Virus record (IMG/VR): IMGVR_UViG_3300023174_005548
Location: 36,572-100,571 of that record
Source of the DNA: a virus
DNA: 64,000 bases
Reading direction: 5' to 3' (one strand)
Shown: positions 10,370-21,500 of the stretch, in pieces
How the letters are laid out: every line of letters starts with the position of its first letter
How positions within the stretch are numbered: position 1 is the first letter of the stretch
Notes under the pieces: model-generated
What the model was told of the DNA's origin: nothing
Seen by the model: the letters and a program-made list of their open reading frames with translations, nothing else
Databases searched by the model: none
Program-made: the position numbers and the translations under genes

Positions 10370-12121
10370 TTATAGTATATTAAATGAAGTGTCTTCATTA
10401 TTATAATAATTATATGGTTTTTGAGCAGGATAGAACAAAGAATTTAACAAGCTTTGGCAGTTAGTTTTGACGTAATTTTGATTTTCTTCTTGAAGAATAC
10501 CATTTAAATATACTTGTTCTTCAGTTAATGGCACAAGATCACCAGTTAAAACAACATAATTACCAGTAAATGTGCTATATATAATGCTTGTGCGAGATGT
10601 AGCTAGTACTCTGCCAGTAGAGTCGTTGATATTCGCATTAAATGTAATTGTTGGGCCTGAAATTGTATAGTTATATCCAGATATTAATTTTTGGCCATTT
10701 AAATACATTGAATTATTTAAATTATTATTTAAAGTATAAGTATATGAGCTTCCAGTAAAGTTAATTACTTGAGGAGTAGTCTTGGTGTCAAAATAAACTA
10801 TACTATCTGTAAATTGATCAAAAAATCCATTACTATTTACATATCTATTGCCAGAAAGATTGTAATTTCCACTTACTATATTTCCGCTTATATTAAATCC
10901 AGATTGTTGGAAAACTCCATTAGAGAAAAGATTAATGCTTTGACCAGTTGACTCTAATCCTAAAAGGAATTGTTGAAGAGTATTATCATATTGAGTAACT
11001 TTTCTATAATTATCTAAAAAGCCTGTATAAGTATTTATTTCAATAAAGTCTCCAGAATCAATTGGATATAATAATTTTAATCTATTGTTTGAATAATTAC
11101 TTAATCTATTAGCGTCGTAATTAATAGTTTCTGGTATGGTTATAGATATTCTTTTTGATCCAGTTGTTACTCCTGTGATGAATTGAATTTGCTCACCATA
11201 AAGTAATCCTGTAACACCAGATTGACTAAATATTGATATTGAACCACTTCTAGTTGGAATTGTTCCAACACTTATTCTTTGAAATCCAGTTATTCCAGTA
11301 CCAATGACAGCAGCATTAACATAACGACCACTTGATATTTTATTATATCCAGTAACTATTGAAACTGTACTTGCTGGAGTTATACTTGAACAAAATATTC
11401 CACCCGCTAAATTATTTCTTTGACCATATCCAATATAACCAGAAAAATATAAGAAATCATCTACAAAACCTTTGAATCCAGTATAATTAGTATTAGCTCC
11501 ACTAAAAGTATTTCCAAGAAAATAAATATTTGAATTAACATAATTGGGAAGCTCAAAAGCCTCTAATGTATTAGATGAATTAGCAAAATCATGACTAGAT
11601 AATTCAAAAAAATTATTATTTTTACTTAAAGAAATTAAACTATTATTTTTATTCTCGTAGCTTGAAGTATAGGTATTTTTTCCAGAAATATCATTATATT
11701 CTAAGAAAAATTTATTAGCGCCGTTGAATCCAAATGAGAAACCAGAGGTGCTAGCTGGAGTATTTTGATTGGTAATTAAAACTGTTGATTTATTTCTTTC
11801 TATATTGCAATCGAAGTTTTTATAACCTAAAAACATTGTCCAATTTTGTTCATTTAAATAATTACTCACTCTAAATATTGCTGTGCCAGAAAAGAATCCA
11901 GACCCAAGATAATCATTAAATTCACCAGAATTTAAACTTACAATAAATCCGGGGTTATTGTCTATATAAACAAATCCGCCACTATATTGACTGTCGGCAC
12001 TATACAAAGAATTAATTACTACAGAATCACCAGATATCCTAGAGAAATCATAATATACCTTCCAACTACCTGTGGCAATTGAGTTTATATTTAGTATTCT
12101 GTTATAATCTGATATGTTCAT
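10370..12121 (-). CDS. Tail protein with an N-terminal LamG/concanavalin A-like domain
   Basis: W-x-V-Y-Y-D-F start, WT-hydrophobic strand, F-K-G-F-V-D-D-F-L-Y-F end typical of LamG-like folds; C-terminal YLNG repeats. Confidence 0.55.
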   Translation of the reverse strand: MNISDYNRILNINSIATGSWKVYYDFSRISGDSVVINSLYSADSQYSGGFVYIDNNPGFIVSLNSGEFNDYLGSGFFSGTAIFRVSNYLNEQNWTMFLGYKNFDCNIERNKSTVLITNQNTPASTSGFSFGFNGANKFFLEYNDISGKNTYTSSYENKNNSLISLSKNNNFFELSSHDFANSSNTLEAFELPNYVNSNIYFLGNTFSGANTNYTGFKGFVDDFLYFSGYIGYGQRNNLAGGIFCSSITPASTVSIVTGYNKISSGRYVNAAVIGTGITGFQRISVGTIPTRSGSISIFSQSGVTGLLYGEQIQFITGVTTGSKRISITIPETINYDANRLSNYSNNRLKLLYPIDSGDFIEINTYTGFLDNYRKVTQYDNTLQQFLLGLESTGQSINLFSNGVFQQSGFNISGNIVSGNYNLSGNRYVNSNGFFDQFTDSIVYFDTKTTPQVINFTGSSYTYTLNNNLNNSMYLNGQKLISGYNYTISGPTITFNANINDSTGRVLATSRTSIIYSTFTGNYVVLTGDLVPLTEEQVYLNGILQEENQNYVKTNCQSLLNSLFYPAQKPYNYYNNEDTSFNIL

Positions 12122-12124
12122 ATA

Positions 12125-13822
12125 TTATAATAGTATTTTGGCCGGTAAAAATACAGGAGAAGTGTCTCTTGATGAATTTTGTATAGAATAAGCTAAGGCA
12201 GAAGTGCTACTTTTTGTATATCCTTCTTTAACTTGATCAAAATTATAAGATTCATTCATGAGTATATAGCTTTGATTTGCATAAACAGTCTTTAATATAT
12301 TTAATGTTTCTCTAGTATCTGATTTTGCTCGATCAGTAACAGTATCACTTAAAAACTCAGACGTTGAATTAATATTAACTGTTGCTAATTTTTTTGCATC
12401 TCCAAGTTCATAAACAATATAAAAACCATTAATATTATAAGTGGGTCTTGGTTTGAAAAGGTCTATTTTAGGTTCATAAGATATTTCGAAAGAATTTGAT
12501 TTTGTTACTTTTTCAGTTAAAGAAGGAGTAATGTTATCTTTATCATCAAAAGTCGCAGAAACTGTTATTTCACCTTTTTCTGGATTTTTAGTTACATTAA
12601 AGCTTCTCCAATTAGGATTTAAATTAATATTAGAACCAATACCCAAAGTATTTTTTAATGGAATATATGCAGAATTATTTGCTATATAATATAAATAACT
12701 TTGAACACTTCCAAAATTAAATACTATATCATCAAGATAATTTAAAGCTGACTCATATCTTTCTTTTAAATTTCCTTTTGTTATAATTGGACCAGAGATT
12801 GTTACTGAAGTAATTGATGTTACTTCATCTTTATTAAAATCTGTTGTAAAGTCTAAATATGGCGCAGCGGATGTAGCGTAATCCCCTTGAATAACATCTG
12901 TATTATATGAAGCTGAAAAACTAACAGTCCTAGCTTCGCGATCCTCTTGAAATGACATTGTGATTGGTTTTGTATTTAATGGTCCACCAAAATTTCCCGT
13001 GCATATTCCATAAAGATCTAAAGCTTTTGCATAGTTAACTAAATTATTAAAGTTAGATCTCTTTGCGCCTTGAATTGAGCCTTGGACCGATATATCATCA
13101 AAATCTGTATTAATACTTTTATTTATTGTTGTTGTATATCTTGTAAAATAGCTTGGATTTACATATGGATCATTAGAGATATCTACTTTATAGCTTTCTT
13201 GAACACTATACGTTCCATTTAAACGATTTAAATTTTCACTAAAAGATAATAAAAGTGGGGTATAATTGGTATTACTAATATTAATAGGCAGAACAGTCGG
13301 ATCATAACCAGTAAGTGAATATACGTAGTTTCTTGCATTATTTATTGCTGAATTAGTACTTGTATTTATGCCTTTAGCTGAAACAGTATGACTTATTGCT
13401 ACTGATTTATCCTCGCCTTCAGTAAAGGTATATTCATTAGTTGGATCCATTATCCCATAAACGCCAGAAAATAGTCCACTTTCATAACAATCTAATTCAA
13501 TTGAATAATTTAATAATTTAACATATTTAGATTGATCAAAGTTAATACCTCTTACTATACAAGCATCGGCGTTAAATAAATTTTTACCATCTTCAATTAT
13601 ATTTAATTTTTTAAAATCTCTAGAAAATCCACTTATAAGTTTATTTTGACCCGTAATTAATTGACCAAAATCATTTGGACAAGTTCCTGTTATTTGACCT
13701 TGTAAAACAATTTTTGTAATTTGACCAAAACGATCAGCATAATTTATAATTTCTTGATTCCTAGATACAAAAGGAATAGGGTCATTAAAAGTAAAATTAT
13801 CATACGTTATTTGAATACTCAT
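12125..13822 (-). CDS. Tail-tip (distal-tail-like) protein, paralog of 13819..15510
   Basis: 565 aa, ATGA-coupled to the upstream gene; shared beta-strand pattern. Confidence 0.5.
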   Translation of the reverse strand: MSIQITYDNFTFNDPIPFVSRNQEIINYADRFGQITKIVLQGQITGTCPNDFGQLITGQNKLISGFSRDFKKLNIIEDGKNLFNADACIVRGINFDQSKYVKLLNYSIELDCYESGLFSGVYGIMDPTNEYTFTEGEDKSVAISHTVSAKGINTSTNSAINNARNYVYSLTGYDPTVLPINISNTNYTPLLLSFSENLNRLNGTYSVQESYKVDISNDPYVNPSYFTRYTTTINKSINTDFDDISVQGSIQGAKRSNFNNLVNYAKALDLYGICTGNFGGPLNTKPITMSFQEDREARTVSFSASYNTDVIQGDYATSAAPYLDFTTDFNKDEVTSITSVTISGPIITKGNLKERYESALNYLDDIVFNFGSVQSYLYYIANNSAYIPLKNTLGIGSNINLNPNWRSFNVTKNPEKGEITVSATFDDKDNITPSLTEKVTKSNSFEISYEPKIDLFKPRPTYNINGFYIVYELGDAKKLATVNINSTSEFLSDTVTDRAKSDTRETLNILKTVYANQSYILMNESYNFDQVKEGYTKSSTSALAYSIQNSSRDTSPVFLPAKILL

Positions 13823-15510
13823 ATCATTTTAATCCCACTATTAAATGCATCAACATATGAAGTATAATTAATTCCAACATTAAAATTCAAATTAAAATCA
13901 GAATTAAAAGAATAATCACTTTTTGTTACAAAGGCTTCTTGAGCTGGAACATTAGGAAAATCTTTTGCTAGTTCTTGGACTGCTACTATTTTTAAAGAAC
14001 TCAATATAGCGTCTGATACAGGATTTGTTGAATATATTGAAGCATTTGGTCTTTCTACAACGCACTCTAAATTCACTGTTCTTTCGCCGAGTTCAGTTTG
14101 ACCTCCTGCATTTAAAAATACAGCTTTGTTAGGTATAACGTATTGATTATAAATATGCTTTGGCGATGCATCAGATTTTTTAACAATTAATTTTTTAATA
14201 CCACTTATGTTTGTGTTGTAAATTCTATCATCAGAATATTTTAATGAATAATTTAAAGCGTTACCATAACGAGGAAAGGTCATCGTTTTTTCTAAAGAAT
14301 TTAATTTTTTATTATAACCTTGAAAACTATAAAATTGATCTATTTTGCCGCTTGCACTTGCAAATACTCCATTCATATAATTTTGTAATAAATAATTAGT
14401 TACAAAGTTGTTTGATTTATTTCCATATATTCTTATACTGCCATTTTCTTGGACTTCTACAACTTCAAGATTATTTTGACTTAGCGTTAATGTTGCTTGG
14501 CGAGTATATCCACTTACTGTAAAAATTGGATTATTTGTGTATTTGATTGAATATCCTGCATCACCATTAAATGTATTAAAATTTCTATTTACTTCAATTC
14601 CAGTATTAACTAAACTATAGTAATTACCCAAATTGTTTGAACTTCCATATGAAGTTAATAGTGCGTTACATCTATTATAACTTTTAGCTAATTCAGTTTC
14701 TACAGCGCCAGATGCAGTTGCAAATCTTGGTTCTTTTAATCCTCTAATATTACCTTGCTCGCTTACATCTATATTTCCATCTGCTCCTAAACTTAAGCTT
14801 TGAGATAAGGTTAATGTATAATCTCCAGAATAATTATTATAAAGAGTGAAATTTTTGGTGAATGAACAATCATTAGTTATAAGATTGTAATTTTCTGTGA
14901 AATATTTTTTACCAGTTTTAATATAAAAACCAGAATATTTAGAATCAATAAATCCTATAGGTGGAGTTGTATTAAATATTCCAGAAGCAAGATTTTTCGC
15001 TAATTGAATTGGACTTGTATAGTTATCTGCTTTTCTATATCTAATGTTTAAATTATGGCTATAATTATAACCATCATCTTCGTTAATATTAAAAGCAAAA
15101 GTTTCATCAAAAGCTTCTAGTAAGCTAGTTGTACCACTTAATACACCACTAATTCCAGTATATAAAGTTCCACTTAAATTATAAAGATCATTAGCGCCAC
15201 TAGTTAAAACATTAAAACTAATTGTATGAGTATCGAGTCTAATTGGATTATTTGTATCGAAACTTATTGAAGTAATTGTAGCTGGACCAAGATTTACTCC
15301 ATTAACAATAATATTTTCTCTTTCATTTAAACTTCTAATCATTCCGCTTTGAAGTGCAAGATTACCAGAAACGCCTTGAGTATTAGTAGATTGTAAAAAG
15401 AAACCTTCTACAGTATAATTTTTAGTTGAATTGAGTCGAAAATTATCACCAAGGAAATTGTTTTGATGGCTATATGTTAAAAGTCTTGCTCCGGTAATTG
15501 TATAGCTCAT
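13819..15510 (-). CDS. Tail-tip (distal-tail-like) protein immediately after the TMP
   Basis: 563 aa at the canonical Dit position. Confidence 0.5.
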   Translation of the reverse strand: MSYTITGARLLTYSHQNNFLGDNFRLNSTKNYTVEGFFLQSTNTQGVSGNLALQSGMIRSLNERENIIVNGVNLGPATITSISFDTNNPIRLDTHTISFNVLTSGANDLYNLSGTLYTGISGVLSGTTSLLEAFDETFAFNINEDDGYNYSHNLNIRYRKADNYTSPIQLAKNLASGIFNTTPPIGFIDSKYSGFYIKTGKKYFTENYNLITNDCSFTKNFTLYNNYSGDYTLTLSQSLSLGADGNIDVSEQGNIRGLKEPRFATASGAVETELAKSYNRCNALLTSYGSSNNLGNYYSLVNTGIEVNRNFNTFNGDAGYSIKYTNNPIFTVSGYTRQATLTLSQNNLEVVEVQENGSIRIYGNKSNNFVTNYLLQNYMNGVFASASGKIDQFYSFQGYNKKLNSLEKTMTFPRYGNALNYSLKYSDDRIYNTNISGIKKLIVKKSDASPKHIYNQYVIPNKAVFLNAGGQTELGERTVNLECVVERPNASIYSTNPVSDAILSSLKIVAVQELAKDFPNVPAQEAFVTKSDYSFNSDFNLNFNVGINYTSYVDAFNSGIKMI

Positions 15511-15524
15511 AAATATATTTTATT

Positions 15525-18500
15525 TTATCCTGTAACGGTATTACTAGCTCCTGATTCTCTCGTTGGAGGGCCTTTTAATTTTGCCATGATTCCGGGGGCA
15601 AGTTGTTCTACGGCTTTTTGAATTGCATCCATTGTTTTTTGACTTAATTGATCGCTTGCTGTTTCTATTGAACCTTTAACTTCTACTGAAATTGGAGTGA
15701 AAGCTACATTTACTTCGCTCTTTGATTCTGTAGTAGCTTTTGTATTTTTATCTATTGCATCTGCTAATTTTTGACTTTTATCGCCTTGGCCTTGATCATT
15801 TTGATTACTTGATAATGGTCTTCCCTTTTGTTGTCTTTCTATCTCTTGCGCTGGACGCTCTCTCATCCCAGCTTCTTTTCCTGCGGTTCCGGCTGCTTTT
15901 TGTTGATCTCTTAATGTATTTAAATTTTTATCTAATTGCGTACGTTGTCTATTAGATTCTGGATCATTTTTTCCAGCAAGAGCATCTCTTTTTTTCAAGA
16001 TTTCTTCTTGTGCTGCATTATTTTGTTTAATAGAATTATTAACTTGAGGCGTTGTAAGATTATTTCCGGTATTTGAATTTCCACTAGCAGCGTAAGTTCC
16101 TGCGGTTATAGGAGTTGCCGAGGATGGTCCTGCTCCAATATTTGCAACATTATTTTTCTTTTTCGCTTGTTTTTCTGCATAAGCGTCTGCAACTGGATCA
16201 AATCCTCCTTGCGCACTACTTCTATATCTTTCTAAATCTTTTTCGGTTTTAAAAAATTGATCTCTATAAAGAAATGGAGTAACTTCATCAGTGGCGCCTT
16301 CAGCAAATTTTTTGACAAGTTCAGAATTAGAGAGTGGTTTAGGTTTTGGTTCTTTATATTCATTCGCAATAGTATCTTTGGGGAAAATACCCGTTCTAAA
16401 TTGTTGTTCTAAATCAGCACTTTCTTTTTCTTTTCTTTTATTCATCTCAATTTGTTGTTCTTTTGTCATTGTTGGCGCGTGGACCATTTTATATCTTTCT
16501 TCTTTTGTTGGAATAGGAGTACCATCTGGATAATATTGTCTATTACCCTCTGCAGGTGTTGCGTTAGTTACTGTAGACGTTGGATTAGTTGCTATAGATG
16601 TTGCTACTGTTTGCTTATTCATTGTCGTTGATGCTTGATCTATTCCTTGTTGAATTCCACCTGTTGTTTGACTTTCCACTCCGCCTTTGGCAAGAGCTGC
16701 TACGTTAGTATTAATTTCTGCTACATAATCTTCTAATTTAAATTGATTGTCAAATTGTTTTTGCGCCATGCTCTCAGCTTCAGCTGCTGCATCTCTAGCA
16801 ATTTGAGCAAGATCTTTATTTCCAGCCCCTTCTGCTTGAGACGCAATATCATTAAACATTTGCTTTTTTTGAGCTGCCATTGCTGGAACAACTTTATCTC
16901 TTAATGATTTATTTAATTTATCGCTACCTAATCCTCCAGTAAGTTCTTGCAATGACATTCCGGCTTGAAGACTTCCACGAGCCTCCATCATTCCAAGACC
17001 AGTTTTTCTTCCTGCTTGCATTCCTTGCAAACCTTGAGTAAATTTTTCGAGTGGATCTTTTAATGTTTCTGGATTTAAGAAGCCTTCTATTCCACCTCCA
17101 CCTTTTAATAGTTTTTGATCTCGTAGTTGTTGTAGTTGAGCTTTTAATTGATCTTTAGCAATTTGAATTTGTTCTTGTCTATCTACTTCTGCTTTTGCGG
17201 CTTCTGCTCTTGCTTCTTGTATAATAACACCATTTTGAACTGCAAGTTTTTGAAGATCAGGTAATTCTAAGTTTCCTTCTCCAGCTAATTCTTGGAATTT
17301 ATTACTAACTTGATCTGCTGTTCCTCCGCTTTTTATAATATTACTGATTTGACCTCTTGCTCCTTTAAGTTTTTCGATTTCCTTGGTAACTGCTTCTCCA
17401 CCTCTACCTTCAGATTTTTTTAATTCTTCAATTTGATTATCTATAGAAGTTGTAAGTTGATTGGTCATCTCTTCTATTGCTTTGTTGTTGGATTCTTGAA
17501 CTTTTATTCCGTAATCATTATTTGCTTGATTAGCTGTTACTTGAGCATTTCCTCTCGCCATAGACTCTTCTGTAATGAATGGTTGTTTTGTTTGAAGTCT
17601 TGATTTTTCTGCTTCAGTTGCAATTCTATTCATTGAGCTTTGCCTATATGTTGCTAATTTTTTTTCTTCCATTGAAGCTTTTAATGTTGCGGCTGTTCTA
17701 ATTTCAATTGCTTCTGCAGCTGCTTTTTCCGCTTCTATTTGTTTTCTGGTATTAATAATTTTTTGTTCCTCGTCAGCTAATCGTTTTTTTTGTTCTGCAG
17801 ATAACTTATTTAAGTTGTCATTAGCTTTAGTAGTAGTCTTAGCTACATTTACTAATGCATCAGTTAACATTTTAAAATCTGCTACGCCATCTGCGCTCTC
17901 GTTATTAAGAATTGCTTGGGCTGACACTAATTGATCTGCACTTGCGCCATAACGTTTAAGAGTCGCGAGCCACTGCTCGCCACTTTGATCAGCTTTTATT
18001 ACGCCAGACGCTAAATCTTTAGCGAATTGTGGATCTAAACCTTTGAAAATATCACTAGCTCTTTCAGTTGCTAACTGTTCTCCAAATTGACTTCCAGTAA
18101 ATATTCCTTTATCTTTCTTTCCCTGCACTTTATCTTTACCAAAATTTACGCTTAATTCAGCTAAAGCTACTAGAGGTGCAAATGTAGATAATGCACCACC
18201 TGCTGCCGTTGCTTTAGCTCCTTTTGTTGATTTTCCAGTTAAACCTAATTTATCATTCATATCTCTTACAAAATCACCAATAAAATTTCTAGTCTTTCCT
18301 TGTTTTTCTACATCTTTAGCTAAATCTGCTGCGCTTTGTTTTTGCATTGCTTCTTTTCGTTTTGCAGCTAAAGCTTGACCCATTATATCTTGCATTTCAG
18401 TTAAATTTTTTGCTGAAGCGTATTGTTCTCTATATTGGTTAGGTAAATCTAAAAGTGCTTCTTGTAATTTTTGTTGAGCTTTAATTATATCTTGTGCGCT

Positions 18501-21500
18501 TGATGCGCTATTACTAGTTATTTCAGTTAATTTTTCAAATGCTTGAGCGTAAGCTTGACTAGCATCACTTAATTTATTTAAACCTTCGGCTGCTAATTCA
18601 CCATTTTTTATTATATCACTAAGTGCTGCAGCTTTAAAAGAATCTTTAATTGAATCTATTGCTTGAACTACGCCAACTATAGCTCCAACAACTAATCCTA
18701 CGTGGCCCGGAATTACGGTTGCAATTGATGAAAATGTTGAGGCACCTTGTGAAATTCCTGATATTATATTTCCAAATGCACTTTTACCATCTCTATTAAA
18801 TGTTTCAACTACTCCTTGTAATGTTGAGAATGCAAAAGATGCAGCTAACATTTTAGCTTGCAATCCTCTCATTGCTTTACTAGAACTAGCTGCGGATGCT
18901 GCAGCTGCAGCTCCGCCACTTGGGGCAAAATTAGGTATAAATCCTCGCGCTAAAGTCTCTTGTGCCATTTTAGAATTTTTAATAGCATTATTTATTCCTT
19001 CTGGATGATCTCTTTTAACTGCAGAGAAATTAGATTGAGTATTTTTATCTCTAACATATAATCCAATACCTTCTTGAAAATCAAGCGCAGGATTTCCACC
19101 CATCTTTTTTTCTGTTTCCATTGCATCTTTAATAGAAGCGAAATTAGGAATAAAACCTTTCGCTAAGTATTCTACTGGTATATTTTTAATTCCAGCTAAT
19201 TGAGCTAATTCAAATCTATGATTTCCATCTTTTACTTCAGAATATAATTCTGGATATTGTTTAATTAAAATTGGTTGCTTTTTTAAAAATTGATAAAGTT
19301 TTTTCTTATTTTGTTTAGAAGAAAATAATTGAGTTAAATTTTGTTTAGTTATAGGACCAGAATAATTGATTCCCATTAAAGATATTAAGTTTGATAAACC
19401 TTGAGCAGTTGATTTATTTGATCTTCCAACAAAACCTCCTCGCTGAATATGTTTATTTGCATTAAATACTGCAAAATTAGGAATAAAACCCTTAGCTTTT
19501 TTAGCTGCTATTAATTTATCAAGAGGACTTGTGCCAGATGGATTTCGTGCTGTTATTGTTCTTTGATCTCCAACCAAAAGATTTTGTCTATATTCTTGTA
19601 ATGTTTTCTTTGCTGAACTTAATGATTTTCCTTTAATTGCCTCTTTTTCTCCTTGTCGAATAATATCTAAATTTGGAAGTAATGTATCTAAATCTTTTTT
19701 AATTTTATCACTCATGCTACCGCGATTTGTTTTACTTCCACTTACTTTAAAATCTGCTACATTATAATTTCCGGGAAAATATTTTCTAACTTTTGCAATA
19801 TTAGATGAATTTCTAACATCAAAATCTCCACCATCTGAAGCAGCTGCTTTAACTCCTAAAGCTTCTCCTGTACCAACTTCAAATGCTGCTCCAATAAAAG
19901 CTTGTAAGGCTCCATATGCACCTTTATATTTAGAATTTTTTGAAAATAAACCTACTAATGAATCTGTAGTAATTTTTTGTGCTGGGGGTTTATATCCAAT
20001 AGAATTTATATAATTTGTTGCACCATCTAATACCATTCTTGAAATTTTATCAATTGCCTCTTTACTGTTAAATTGTTGATATATAGATTTTTCAGACTCT
20101 ACGCCAGCTTTACTCAAAGGAATAATTGGATATTGTAAAGTAGCATCTTTATATTTTAAAGTACCAACGCTCTGGTCGCCTTCAGCAATTAACATCGCAG
20201 GATTTATTTTTCTATAAGCTGCATAAATATTTTTTTGCATTTTTTCTTGGTTACTTTTTGCAAAATTTGGTACAAATCCCAAAAACTTTAATTTATCATA
20301 ATATTCTTTTTGTCTTTTATCGCCAATTGAACCATACGTTGGAATAACTGCAGAATCACCATTACGTCCAGCACCCACAACTTCTATTTCTTTATTATTT
20401 TTTATGAACTTTTTACCACCAATAGTTCCTTGAGAAATTTGTGCACGTGGATTAACTGCGCCCATACTTCTTGCATTTTGCTCTTCTTCTCCAAAAAGAT
20501 TAGGTATAAATCCACCAGATCTAACTTGGAGTGTTCCTTTACCTGCTCCAGTTTTTCCTATAGAAACTCCAGCTGCTGATAATGAAGCTGCAAGAGATTT
20601 TGCAAGAGTAACTTGCTGTTGCATGGCAAGAGTTTGAGCTTTAATTGTATTTAAAATAGATAATTGAACTGCTTCGACTGTAGTTTGTCCACTAGCAATT
20701 TGAGTAATAATTTGTGGATTTTTACTCAATAAAGTAGTAATTTGCTCTTGAATTTGTGCTTGTTCTGCTGCTTGCGTATTTAATCCTAAAAGAGTTTTAA
20801 CTGCATCCGCTGAGAATGTTGTTAATCTTTCAAAAATAGTGAATAAAGCTCTAGCGCCAACTATTAATCCCGGTCCACTTAAAAAGTTTCCTAATCCTCT
20901 AAGTAAACCTTCTCCAATTTTATTTCCAACATCTTCACTATCTCCACCAGTAAAACTTTCTAAAGCAGTATTTAATCCACCCATAACTTTTTTCAAAGCA
21001 GGAGCAAGACTTAATTCTCCAATTTTTGCACCAGCTGCAGTTAGATTAGCTAATGTTTTATTTAAAGTGGCTGCAAGAGTTGTATTTAATTGTTCATTTC
21101 GTTTTATAGCTTCATTACTTGCTCCACTAGAAATAGATAATGCTTGAGAATAAATAGAATATTCTTTACTTAAATCTCCTAAAGCAGCTTTTAAAATATT
21201 AATTTGGAAAACGCCACCAACTTGTTCCGCGATAGAAGATTTTTGTCTGTCGTTTAGAGTATCATATTTATTTGCTAATTCAGTTAAAATATCAATAACT
21301 GGTCTAGTATTTCCAGCTAATGTTTGAGTTTCAATTCCTAATTGTTGCAAAGCATCTAAAACTTTTGGCCTTTCTAATCTTGTAAAAATTGTTTTGAAGC
21401 TGTTACCGATAACTGCACCACCTCGCGCAGTAATTTGTTGAGCAGAAGTAACAATCGCAAGCAATTGATCGAAACTAACTCCAGCATCTTCTGCGCTACT

